Below are positions 7,716-15,727 of a stretch of 24,000 nt of DNA, piece after piece; positions within the stretch are counted from its first letter, which is position 1, and the number at the start of each line of letters is the position of its first letter. Both the position numbers and the translations under genes were made by a program. Below the pieces are notes generated by a model, which saw only the letters and a list, made by a program, of their open reading frames with translations, ran no database searches and was not told the origin of the DNA. Source of the stretch: an uncultured Solirubrobacterales bacterium (GTDB lineage: Bacteria > Actinomycetota > Thermoleophilia > Solirubrobacterales > Solirubrobacteraceae); contig CAWFUP010000006.1 of assembly GCA_963819075.1 (NCBI GenBank), positions 302,987 to 326,986 of the forward strand. Reading direction: 5' to 3'.

Positions 7716-8786
7716 CTACGCGCCCGCGGCGGCTGGCTCGAACCCGTAGGCCTCGGCCAGCTCGGGGTCCTTGTCGGCGAGCAGCCGCGCCAGCGACACC
7801 ATCACCTGGCACTGCTTCCAGGTGGCGTCGTCCTGCATCTTGCCGTCGATCATGTGCACGCCGCGGCCGTCGGGGATCGCCTCGATCACCTTCTTGGCGA
7901 AGCGCACCTCCTCGGGATCGGGGCTGAACACCCTCTTGGCGATGTCGATCTGCGCCGGATGCAGCGACCAGGCACCGACGCAGCCCATCAGGAACGCGGC
8001 GCGGAACTGCGTCTCGCAGCCCTCGACGTCCTTGATGTCGCCGAACGGGCCGTAGAAGGGGAGGATGCCCACCGACGTGCAGGCGTCGACCATGCGCCCG
8101 ATCGAGTAGTGCCACAGATCCTGCTGGGCCGTGATGCGCGGCGCCTCGGGGTTCTCGAGGTCGGGGTCGGACATCACGCGGTAGCCCGGGTGGCCGCCGC
8201 CGACCCGCGTCGTCTTCATGCGGCGCGACGCGGCGAGGTCGGCCGGGCCGAAGCTCATGCCCTGCATGCGCGGGCTGGCGGCCGCGATCTCCTCGAGGTT
8301 GGCCACGCCGAGCGCCGTCTCGAGGATCGCGTGCACGAGGATCGGCCGCTCCAGGCCGGCCTTCGCCTCGAGCTGGGCGAGCAGGCGGTCGACGTAGTGG
8401 ATGTCCCACGGCCCCTCGACCTTGGGGACCATGATCACCTCGAGCTTGTCGCCGATCTCGGTGACCAGCGTCGTGATGTCATCGAGCACCCACGGCGACT
8501 CGAGCGAGTTGACGCGCGTCCACAGCGCGGTGGAGCCGAGATCGGTCGTCTTGGCCACCTCGACGAGTCCCTCACGGGCGGCGATCTTACGGTCGACCGG
8601 CACGGCGTCCTCGAGGTTGCCGAGCAGGATGTCGGTCTTCGCGGCGATGTCGCCGGCCTTCGCGCGCATCTTCTCGTTGCTCGCGTCGAGGAAGTGGATC
8701 ATCCGCGAGGGCGGGAACGGGATCTCGCGCAGCGGCTCGGGGGCGCCGATGGCAAGGGGGGTGAAGAAGTCGCGGGGGTTGCGCAC
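7716..8786 (-). CDS. mcl: L-malyl-CoA/beta-methylmalyl-CoA lyase (HpcH/HpaI, Mcl type)
   Basis: [63 protein letters not shown]..., [98 protein letters not shown] and [14 protein letters not shown]. These are characteristic of Mcl as recalled from Chloroflexus/Rhodobacter-type enzymes. AAGGAG lies about 8 nt upstream of GTG 8786. The track start (9047) looks too long. Confidence 0.85.
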   Translation of the reverse strand: MRNPRDFFTPLAIGAPEPLREIPFPPSRMIHFLDASNEKMRAKAGDIAAKTDILLGNLEDAVPVDRKIAAREGLVEVAKTTDLGSTALWTRVNSLESPWVLDDITTLVTEIGDKLEVIMVPKVEGPWDIHYVDRLLAQLEAKAGLERPILVHAILETALGVANLEEIAAASPRMQGMSFGPADLAASRRMKTTRVGGGHPGYRVMSDPDLENPEAPRITAQQDLWHYSIGRMVDACTSVGILPFYGPFGDIKDVEGCETQFRAAFLMGCVGAWSLHPAQIDIAKRVFSPDPEEVRFAKKVIEAIPDGRGVHMIDGKMQDDATWKQCQVMVSLARLLADKDPELAEAYGFEPAAAGA

Positions 8787-9078
8787 GTCGGGGATCTCCT
8801 TGGGTGAGGTTGCCCTGAACGCTACCTGCTCGCGGGTCGCGGACGGCGGGCGGCGGCCCGGGTCAGCCGTGCGGCCGCGCTGTGCCTTTTCCCAGTGTGG
8901 CCGCATCCCCACTAGGATTCTTGTTTCCGCGACGGCGCGTGCGCCGGCGAACCGGAATGGATCCGGTGCCGGCTGCGGTGCCGCTGTCGGCGCCGTTCGC
9001 GGCGCCGCGCAGGCCTCCTCGCCGCCCAGGACAGGCGGCGCGACCATCCCTCACGCACAGGAGACAACGAGACACCCC

Positions 9079-9609
9079 ATGACCGACACGATCAGCTCCG
9101 TGGAGACCGACCAGGCCGCGCGCGAGGCCTCCGGCGCCCACCCCTACGGCCGCTACTTCGAGGAATTCGAGGTCGGCGCGATCTACAAGCACTGGCCGGC
9201 CAAGACGGTGACCGAGTACGACGACCACCTCTTCTGCCTGCTGACGATGAACCATCACCCGCTGCACCTCAACGATGTGTACGCCAAGCAGTCCCAGCAG
9301 GGGCGCAACGTCGTCGTCGGCCCGTACGTCTACTCGCTGGCGCTCGGGCTGTCGGTCAGCGACGTCAGCGGCAAGGCGATCGCCAACCTTGCCACCGATG
9401 AGCTCTCGCACCCGAACCCGGTGTTTCACGGCGACACGCTGTTCGTGGAGTCCGAGGTGCTCGAGAAGACCGAGTCGCGCAGCAAACCCGATCGCGGCAC
9501 CGTGCGCGTTCACACGCGTGTGCTCAACCAGGACGGCGTGCTCGTCGCCGAGTTCAAGCGGCTGGTGCTGGTCCCGCGCAAGCAGCCCGGCGAGGCGCCG
9601 GCATCCTAG
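9079..9609 (+). CDS. MaoC-family (R)-specific enoyl-CoA hydratase, mesaconyl-/itaconyl-CoA hydratase-like
   Basis: 176 aa: HPYGRYFEEFEVGAIYKHWPAKTVTEYDDHLFCLLTMNHHPLHLNDVYAKQSQQGRNVVVGPYVYSLALGLSVSDVSGKAIANLATDELSHPNPVFHGDTLFVESEVLEK... MaoC hotdog features. Adjacency to mcl supports a role in C4/C5 CoA chemistry. Confidence 0.78.
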   Translation: MTDTISSVETDQAAREASGAHPYGRYFEEFEVGAIYKHWPAKTVTEYDDHLFCLLTMNHHPLHLNDVYAKQSQQGRNVVVGPYVYSLALGLSVSDVSGKAIANLATDELSHPNPVFHGDTLFVESEVLEKTESRSKPDRGTVRVHTRVLNQDGVLVAEFKRLVLVPRKQPGEAPAS

Positions 9610-9679
9610 AAACACCGCAGGAGAGACCGGGGGAATACGGCTTTCACTCAGCCGCAAGGCACGGTAGGCTTCACGTTCT

Positions 9680-9702
9680 CGCCCGATCAAGCGGGCGTTT
9701 TC
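9680..9702 (+). terminator. Rho-independent terminator-like hairpin between maoC-like gene and pckG
   Basis: Perfect 6-bp GC stem CGCCCG-ATCAAG-CGGGCG followed by TTTTCTGTT. Confidence 0.6.
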
Positions 9703-9788
9703 TGTTCTCCGAACGTCGCGCGGGCGCCAGCCCGAGACCGACGCTTCGCTAGCGCCGCCGCCACCTAGGAAGGAGCATCGTCGACCAT

Positions 9789-11593
9789 ATGGAGACCATC
9801 GCCAGCGCCCCGACGAAACACGCCCGTCTGCTCAATTGGGTTCAGGAAGTAGCTGCGCTCACGCAGCCCGACTCCGTGTACTGGTGCGACGGCTCGGCCG
9901 AGGAGTACGACCGGCTGGCCGCGGATCTCGTTGACGCCGGCACGTTCGAGCGCCTGTCCGATGCCAAGCGTCCGAACTCCTATCTCGCGCTCTCCGACCC
10001 GGGCGACGTGGCGCGCGTCGAGGACCGAACCTTCATCTGCTCGGAGCACGAGGTGGACGCGGGGCCGACGAACAACTGGCGTGCCCCCGCCGAGATGCGC
10101 GAGGCGCTCACCGAGCTGTTCCGCGGCAGCATGCAGGGACGCACGATGTACGTGGTGCCGTTCTCGATGGGGCCGCTCGGCTCCGACCACAGCTACATCG
10201 GGGTCCAGCTCACCGACTCGGCCTACGTGGCGGTCAGCATGCGGATCATGACCCGCATGGGCCAGGGCGCCCTCGACGTCCTCGGGAACAAAGGTGACTT
10301 CGTGCCCTGTCTGCATTCGGTGGGCATGCCGCTGCACCGACCGCGTGGAGGACGTCGCCGTGGCCCTGCAACGCCGACAACAAGTACATCGTCCACTTCC
10401 CCGAGACGCGCGAGATCATGTCGTACGGCTCGGGTTACGGCGGTAACGCGCTGCTCGGGAAGAAGTGCTTCGCGCTGCGCATCGCGTCGGTGATGGCCCG
10501 TGACGAGGGCTGGCTGGCCGAGCACATGCTCATCCTCAAGCTCACCTCGCCCGAGGGGAAGGTCAAGTTCATCGCCGGTGCCTTCCCGTCGGCGTGTGGC
10601 AAGACGAACCTCGCGATGCTGATCCCGACGCTCGACGGCTGGCAGGTCGAGTGCGTCGGCGACGACATCGCCTGGATGAAGTTCGGCGAGGACGGCCGGC
10701 TGTACGCCGTCAACCCCGAATACGGCTTCTTCGGTGTCGCGCCGGGCACCGGCGAGCACACCAACCCGAGCGCGATGGGTGCGATCCGCCACGACACGAT
10801 CTTCACCAACTGTGCGCTCACCGACGACGGTGACATCTGGTGGGAGGGGATGACCAAGTCGAAGCCCGCGCATCTGCGCGACTGGCGCCGCAACCACTGG
10901 ACGGCGGACTCAGACACCCCGGCGGCGCATCCGAACGCCCGCTTCACGGTGCCGGCCGCACAGTGCCCGGTGATGGCGCCGGAGTGGGACGACCCGGCCG
11001 GCGTGCCGATCGACGCGATCCTGTTCGGCGGACGCCGCGCGTCGGTCGTGCCGCTCGTGCACGAGGCGCGCGACTTCGAGCACGGGGTGTTCCTCGGCTC
11101 GGTGATGTCCTCCGAGACGACCGCCGCGGCGGCCGGCCAGGTGGGGGCGCTGCGCTTCGACCCGTTCGCGATGCTCCCGTTCTGCGGCTATGACATGGCG
11201 CAGTACTTCGCTCACTGGCTCGAGATCGGCAAGCGCGGCGACGCCGACAAGCTGCCGAAGTTCTTCTACGTCAACTGGTTCCGCAAGGACGACGACGGCC
11301 ACTTCCTGTGGCCGGGCTTCGGCGAGAACAGCCGCGTGCTTGCCTGGGTGTTCCGTCGCTGCGACGGCGAGGCCGAGGCGGTCGAGTCGCCGATCGGCCT
11401 CATCCCGGCGCCCGGGGCGATCGACACCGAGGGTCTGGATATCGCCGAGGAGGACCTCGCGAAGGTCCTATCCGTGGACGCGGGGGCGTGGGCGGCCCAG
11501 CTGCCGCAGTACCACGAGCACTACGCGAAGTTCGAGCGGCTGCCGGCCGAGCTGCACGCTCAGCTGAAGGCGCTCGAAGCGCGACTGGCCTAG
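9789..11593 (+). CDS. pckG: GTP-dependent phosphoenolpyruvate carboxykinase, interrupted by two apparent +1 indels near 10335-10361
   Basis: N-terminal part [36 protein letters not shown]...[17 protein letters not shown]-terminal part [66 protein letters not shown]...[22 protein letters not shown]... The segment VEDVA lies in a third frame between them. Total 1805 nt = 3n+2. Confidence 0.93.
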
Positions 11594-11612
11594 CGAACCT
11601 CGGCACGCCAGC

Positions 11613-11659
11613 GAGCGGATGGGCACGGGCGGCGCCGGGGCGGCGTCGCCGGTCCGCTC
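11613..11659. other. GC-rich inverted repeat in convergent intergenic region (possible bidirectional terminator)
   Basis: GAGCGGA (11613-11619) is perfectly complementary to TCCGCTC (11653-11659). Located between the pckG stop (11593) and the convergent gene stop (11679). No T-tract. Confidence 0.35.
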
Positions 11660-11678
11660 ACGCGCGAGCTACGCGCCC

Positions 11679-12260
11679 CTAGTCGTGCCCGTGCGCCTCG
11701 CCCGCCGCGGCCGGCGGGCGCGATTCCTCGGCGAGGGAGGTGATCGTCAGCGTGCCACGGGCCGCCTGCTCGAGGACCTCGGTGGCCTCCTCGAGCGAGC
11801 GCGCGTAGAGCTCGACGAGCAGATGCACGACGATGCGGCCGTCGTCCTCATGCTTGTGGAAGCGCACGTGGGTGAAGAACTCGCGGATGCCGTGGTCGCC
11901 GAACGCCGCGTAGGAGAGCGCGTCGCCGGCCTCGGGGCCGGAGCAGGTCTCGACATCGTCGGCGTCGACCGTCACCGTGCAGGACGCGACCCATGGCGTG
12001 CCGGCGATCATCCGCTCCCAGCGATCCTCGATCGGCTCGACGCGGCCATCCTTGAAGCCGAGGTGCGGCTGGTCGTGCATGCAGTCGAGGCATTGCACGA
12101 CCGCCTCCTGGAGCTCGTCGACGACCTCGGCGCGCTCGCCCGTCTGAGGGTCGATCTTGTGGATGCCCTCGTAGTGCACCTGCACCTCGAGATCCTGGGA
12201 CCAGCAGCGGTAGCAGCGCAGCCAGCTCCGGGCCGTCGTCTCGGGCAGGCCGCTGTCCAT
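11679..12260 (-). CDS. Conserved-looking hypothetical protein with two CxxC motifs (possible zinc-binding)
   Basis: 193 aa from ATG 12260: MDSGLPETTARSWLRCYRCWSQDLEVQVHYEGIHKIDPQTGERAEVVDELQEAVVQCLDCMHDQPH... CYRC and CLDC pairs. Coding is supported by codon-frame openness and a promoter-like element directly upstream. Confidence 0.65.
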   Translation of the reverse strand: MDSGLPETTARSWLRCYRCWSQDLEVQVHYEGIHKIDPQTGERAEVVDELQEAVVQCLDCMHDQPHLGFKDGRVEPIEDRWERMIAGTPWVASCTVTVDADDVETCSGPEAGDALSYAAFGDHGIREFFTHVRFHKHEDDGRIVVHLLVELYARSLEEATEVLEQAARGTLTITSLAEESRPPAAAGEAHGHD

Positions 12261-12283
12261 GACGCCAATTCTATGCTGCGATC

Positions 12284-12892
12284 GTGCCCGGCACGCCGCT
12301 GCGTCCACGAGAGCCCGTCGGCGCGCTGCTGGCCGGCGGCGCGGGAAGGCGGCTCGGAGGGGCCAAGGCGTGCGTCGCGCTCGCCGGCCAGCCGCTCCTG
12401 GCGTGGCCGCTCGCCGCGCTGAGCGGCGCGCTGACGCGCGTCGCCGTGGTCGCCAAGGCCGACTCGGAGCTGCCCTCGCTTCCCGCCGCGGTGGAGCGCT
12501 GGGAGGAGCCCGCGCTGCCGCGGCACCCGATCGTCGGGATCATCGAGGCGCTGCGCCGGGCCGACGGAGTCGCGGTCATCGTGTGCGCGGTCGACCTACC
12601 ACTCGTCGACGCCGCGCTGATAAGTGCCTTGGCCGCCGCCGACGCCGGCGGTGCGCCGGCGGTGATCGCCGCGGCGCCGGATCATCGCCCCCAGCCGCTC
12701 CTGGCCCGCTACGAGCCCGCGGCACTACCGCTCCTCGTGGCCGCTCCCGAGGACGCGCCGCTGACCGCGACGGTGCTGGCCCTCGTTCCGGCGCTGCTGC
12801 AGGTCCCCGCCGCCGCGCTGCTCAACGTGAACGACGAACGCGACCTCCGCGTCGCCGAGCGGCTGCTCGGCTATCCGAACGTGAACGCGTAG
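12284..12892 (+). CDS. mobA: Molybdenum cofactor guanylyltransferase MobA
   Basis: VGALLAGGAGRRLGGAKACVALAGQPLLAWPLAAL...VIVCAVDLPLVDAALISAL...ARYEPAALPLL...NVNDERDL is the MobA nucleotidyltransferase pattern. GTG start 12284. Confidence 0.85.
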   Translation: MPGTPLRPREPVGALLAGGAGRRLGGAKACVALAGQPLLAWPLAALSGALTRVAVVAKADSELPSLPAAVERWEEPALPRHPIVGIIEALRRADGVAVIVCAVDLPLVDAALISALAAADAGGAPAVIAAAPDHRPQPLLARYEPAALPLLVAAPEDAPLTATVLALVPALLQVPAAALLNVNDERDLRVAERLLGYPNVNA

Positions 12893-14616
12893 CCGGTGAT
12901 CCCGGGCGCCACGCGCAGCGTCAGGCGATGCTGCTCGTCACCGGGCAGCGACGCGAGCGTGTACAGCCGCTGGCCGGTCACGGTCACCACCCCGTCGTGC
13001 ACGTCGGCGCCCTGGTCGGCGGCGGGGATCGGCCGGCCGTCGAGGAGCACCTCGATCGGGCGCGGCACTCCACCGGCCGAGCTGAGCACGAGGTAGACGT
13101 TCTTGGCCACGAACTCGGCGTCGATCGTCGCGCCGCTGAGCGCCGTCGCCGGCTGACCGCCGATGTTCCACGTGCCGCCGAAGGCGAAGTCGTTCGCCGG
13201 CAGGCTCCCGGTCGGGGCAACGTAGGTGTGCGATCCCGGCAGCGGCTCCCCGTCGATCCAGCCCTGAGCACGCTCGGTGCCGAGGTAGGTCTCGGGCGTG
13301 GCCGCGTTCGTCGGTACGACGACGTGCTTCGGCCGCGCGGCGCCAGTCGGCGTGGCCCGTCCCGCCGCCGAGAGCAGCGCGCGGATCGCCGACTCGGTCT
13401 TGCCGTAGTCGCCCTCGCCGAAGCTGGCGTAGCGCACGTGGCCGGTGGCGTCGACGAGGTAGTCGGCCGGCCAGTACTGGTTGCCGTAGGCGTTCCAGGT
13501 GCCGTAGTTGTTGTCCTGGACCACCGGGTAGTGGATGCCGAATTGAGAGATCGCGTCGGCGACGTTCGACGCCTCGTGCTCGAAGGGGAACTCGGGCGTC
13601 TCAACGCCGATGATCGTCAGCCCGGCTGACCGGTACTTCGCGTCCCACGCCTCGAGGTAGGGCAGCGTGCGGATGCAGTTGATGCAGGTGTACGTCCAGA
13701 AGTCGATGAGCACCACGCGTCCGCGCAGGCCGGCCAGGGTGAGCGGCCGGGCACCCGCGGTGTTGAACCACTGCTGCGTGTCGGTCAGCGGAGGCGCGGC
13801 GCCGAGGTCGGGATAGGCGCTCGCCGCGGACGGGTCGGCCGCGGTCGTGTGCGACTGTGCCGTCGAGGCGACGAACTTCGCGTTGTGGCCGGTGATCTCG
13901 TGCAGGCGACCGGTGACCGCGCTCGAGCGCTCCAGGCCATACGTCAGATCCAGGTTGGCGATGTTCTTCGCGACCCACTCGTTGATCGTCAGATCGGTGT
14001 TCGTGACGATCACGAGCGCGGTCACGAGCATGACCGCGCCGAGCACGCGCTGCAATGTCGCGCCGCCGACGGTCTTGCGCACGCGATCGAACAGCCTATG
14101 CCCGCCGAGGGCGAGCGCAAAGAGGACAGCGGCCGAGCCGAACGTGTAGGCGACGGCGACGGCCACCGTGCGCCCGGTCACCGCGCCGACGGCGATGACC
14201 GAGCCGAGGATCGGTCCGGCGCACGGGACGTAGACGAATCCGAGCGCGGCGCCGACGACGAGCCCCGAGCGAAATCCGTCGCCCTTCGAGCGCGGACCGA
14301 AGCGCGACAGCGAGGCCAGCGGCGCCTCCAGCCGCGCGGCGAGCGCGGGGAAGACGAGTGCGCCGCCGAAGCCGGCGAGCACGACGACGGCGAGGATCCG
14401 CCCGGCGGAATCGCCGAGCCCGACACCGTTGACCACGGTCGACAGACCAATGATCGTGATGGCGAAGGTGAGCGACAGCCCCAGCACGACGCCGAGCGGC
14501 CGCCGCCGCCCGCCGACTCCGCTGGCCGACAGCAGCGCGGGCAGCACCGGCAGCACGCACGGGCTGAGGGCGGTGCCGGCTCCCGCGAGCACGGCGAAGG
14601 GTAGAAGGACGATCAT
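12871..14616 (-). CDS. DipZ-like fusion: CcdA/DsbD membrane domain + thioredoxin-like domain + C-terminal beta domain
   Basis: Multi-TM CcdA N-terminus (GTALSPCVLPVLPALLSASG...GFVYVPCAGPILGSVIAVGA), then VVLIDFWTYTCINCIRTLPYLEAWDAKYRSAGLTIIGVETPEFPFE, then C-terminal NDFAFGGTWNIGGQPATALSGATIDAEFVAKNVYLVLSS. Confidence 0.9.
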   Translation of the reverse strand: MIVLLPFAVLAGAGTALSPCVLPVLPALLSASGVGGRRRPLGVVLGLSLTFAITIIGLSTVVNGVGLGDSAGRILAVVVLAGFGGALVFPALAARLEAPLASLSRFGPRSKGDGFRSGLVVGAALGFVYVPCAGPILGSVIAVGAVTGRTVAVAVAYTFGSAAVLFALALGGHRLFDRVRKTVGGATLQRVLGAVMLVTALVIVTNTDLTINEWVAKNIANLDLTYGLERSSAVTGRLHEITGHNAKFVASTAQSHTTAADPSAASAYPDLGAAPPLTDTQQWFNTAGARPLTLAGLRGRVVLIDFWTYTCINCIRTLPYLEAWDAKYRSAGLTIIGVETPEFPFEHEASNVADAISQFGIHYPVVQDNNYGTWNAYGNQYWPADYLVDATGHVRYASFGEGDYGKTESAIRALLSAAGRATPTGAARPKHVVVPTNAATPETYLGTERAQGWIDGEPLPGSHTYVAPTGSLPANDFAFGGTWNIGGQPATALSGATIDAEFVAKNVYLVLSSAGGVPRPIEVLLDGRPIPAADQGADVHDGVVTVTGQRLYTLASLPGDEQHRLTLRVAPGITGYAFTFG

Positions 14617-14703
14617 GGCACGTGCATAGACAGCCCCCCAGGGCCGAACCTTCCGTCCGCCGAGCTCGCCTAAGCGTTACACGCCGCTCGCGGCGGCCCA
14701 GGC

Positions 14704-15708
14704 TCAGCCGCCGATCGCCGACATCGTGCGGGCCGGCGGGACGAATCCGGGCTCGTTGACGCGGTGTTTGAGCTCCTTGCGCCAGACCGCGCCGGCGATC
14801 AGCTCGGCGAGGTCTTCATCGCTTGCGCCGCCGCGGAGCAGCGGCCGCAGGTCGGTCTCGCGCTCGGAGAACAGGCAGGTGCGCAGCTGACCCTCGGCGG
14901 TCATGCGGATGCGGTTGCAGTCGCCGCAGAACGGCTCGGACACCGGGTTGATGAAGCCGATGCGGCCTCGTCCGTCGGCGAAGCGATACACGCGAGCGGT
15001 GGCGCTCGGTTCGCGAGGCTCGGGCTCGAGCGGGTAGACCGCGTCGATCGCCCGGCGGATCTCCTCGCCGGTGAGGACCTGCTCGGGGGTCCAGGCCCGG
15101 TCCGCGTCGAGTGGCATGAACTCGATGAAGCGGATCTCGTAGGGCTGCTCGCGGGCCAGGCGCGCAAACGGGATCACCTCTTGCTCGGTGAAGCCGCGCA
15201 GCCCGACGGCGTTGACCTTGATCGGGCCGACACCGGGGACTGCCGCGAGCGCCGCCAGGCCGCGCAGGACCTGGGGCAGCGCGTCGCGGCGCGTCATCGC
15301 GAAGAAGCGGTCGCGCTGCAGCGAGTCCACCGAGACGTTGAAGCGGTCGACGCCGGCCTCGGCCAGCGCCGCCGCATCGCGTTCGAGCAGGAAGCCGTTC
15401 GTCGTGAGCGACAGCTCGCGCAGCCCCTCGATCGGACGCAGCATCCCGACCAGCGTCGGCAGGTCGCGGCGCACGAGCGGCTCACCGCCGGTGAGACGCA
15501 CGTCGCGGATGCCCATCGACACGAGCAGGGCCACGACGCGCTCGATCTCCTCGAAGCGCAGGATCTCATCGCGGTGCAGCCACGGTATGCCCTCCGCCGG
15601 CATGCAGTACTGGCAGCGGAAGTTGCAGCGGTCGGTGACCGACAGGCGCAGGTCCTCGATCGCCCGGCCATGGGCGTCGACGAGGACGGGCGGCTCGGCA
15701 AGCGCCAT
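14704..15708 (-). CDS. moaA: GTP 3',8-cyclase MoaA (radical SAM)
   Basis: LRLSVTDRCNFRCQYCMPAEGIPWL, VRLTGGEPLVRRDL, SEPFCGDCNRIRMTAEGQLRTCLFS and C-terminal RTMSAIGG. Confidence 0.96.
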   Translation of the reverse strand: MALAEPPVLVDAHGRAIEDLRLSVTDRCNFRCQYCMPAEGIPWLHRDEILRFEEIERVVALLVSMGIRDVRLTGGEPLVRRDLPTLVGMLRPIEGLRELSLTTNGFLLERDAAALAEAGVDRFNVSVDSLQRDRFFAMTRRDALPQVLRGLAALAAVPGVGPIKVNAVGLRGFTEQEVIPFARLAREQPYEIRFIEFMPLDADRAWTPEQVLTGEEIRRAIDAVYPLEPEPREPSATARVYRFADGRGRIGFINPVSEPFCGDCNRIRMTAEGQLRTCLFSERETDLRPLLRGGASDEDLAELIAGAVWRKELKHRVNEPGFVPPARTMSAIGG

Positions 15709-15727
15709 GCCTACACCGTACTCCGCG

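Noticed and set aside
5257-9609. A new anti-phage or defence system
   Set aside because: All genes match metabolic enzyme families. No nuclease, helicase, reverse transcriptase, TIR, toxin-antitoxin or mobile-element hallmark is visible.
9610-9700. Possible glycine riboswitch, because of an initial GGAGAGACC
   Set aside because: The characteristic glycine-aptamer core sequences expected after this motif are not visible; only hairpins and a terminator-like stem can be supported.
10332-10361. Programmed ribosomal frameshifting in pckG
   Set aside because: Two successive same-direction shifts with no recognizable slippery heptamer or +1 stop-codon context. PckG is not known to need recoding, so an indel error or pseudogene is much more likely.
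14682-14695. CGCCG-CTCG-CGGCG hairpin downstream of moaA as a terminator
   Set aside because: A short stem in very GC-rich sequence with no U-tract on the minus strand; insufficient to call.
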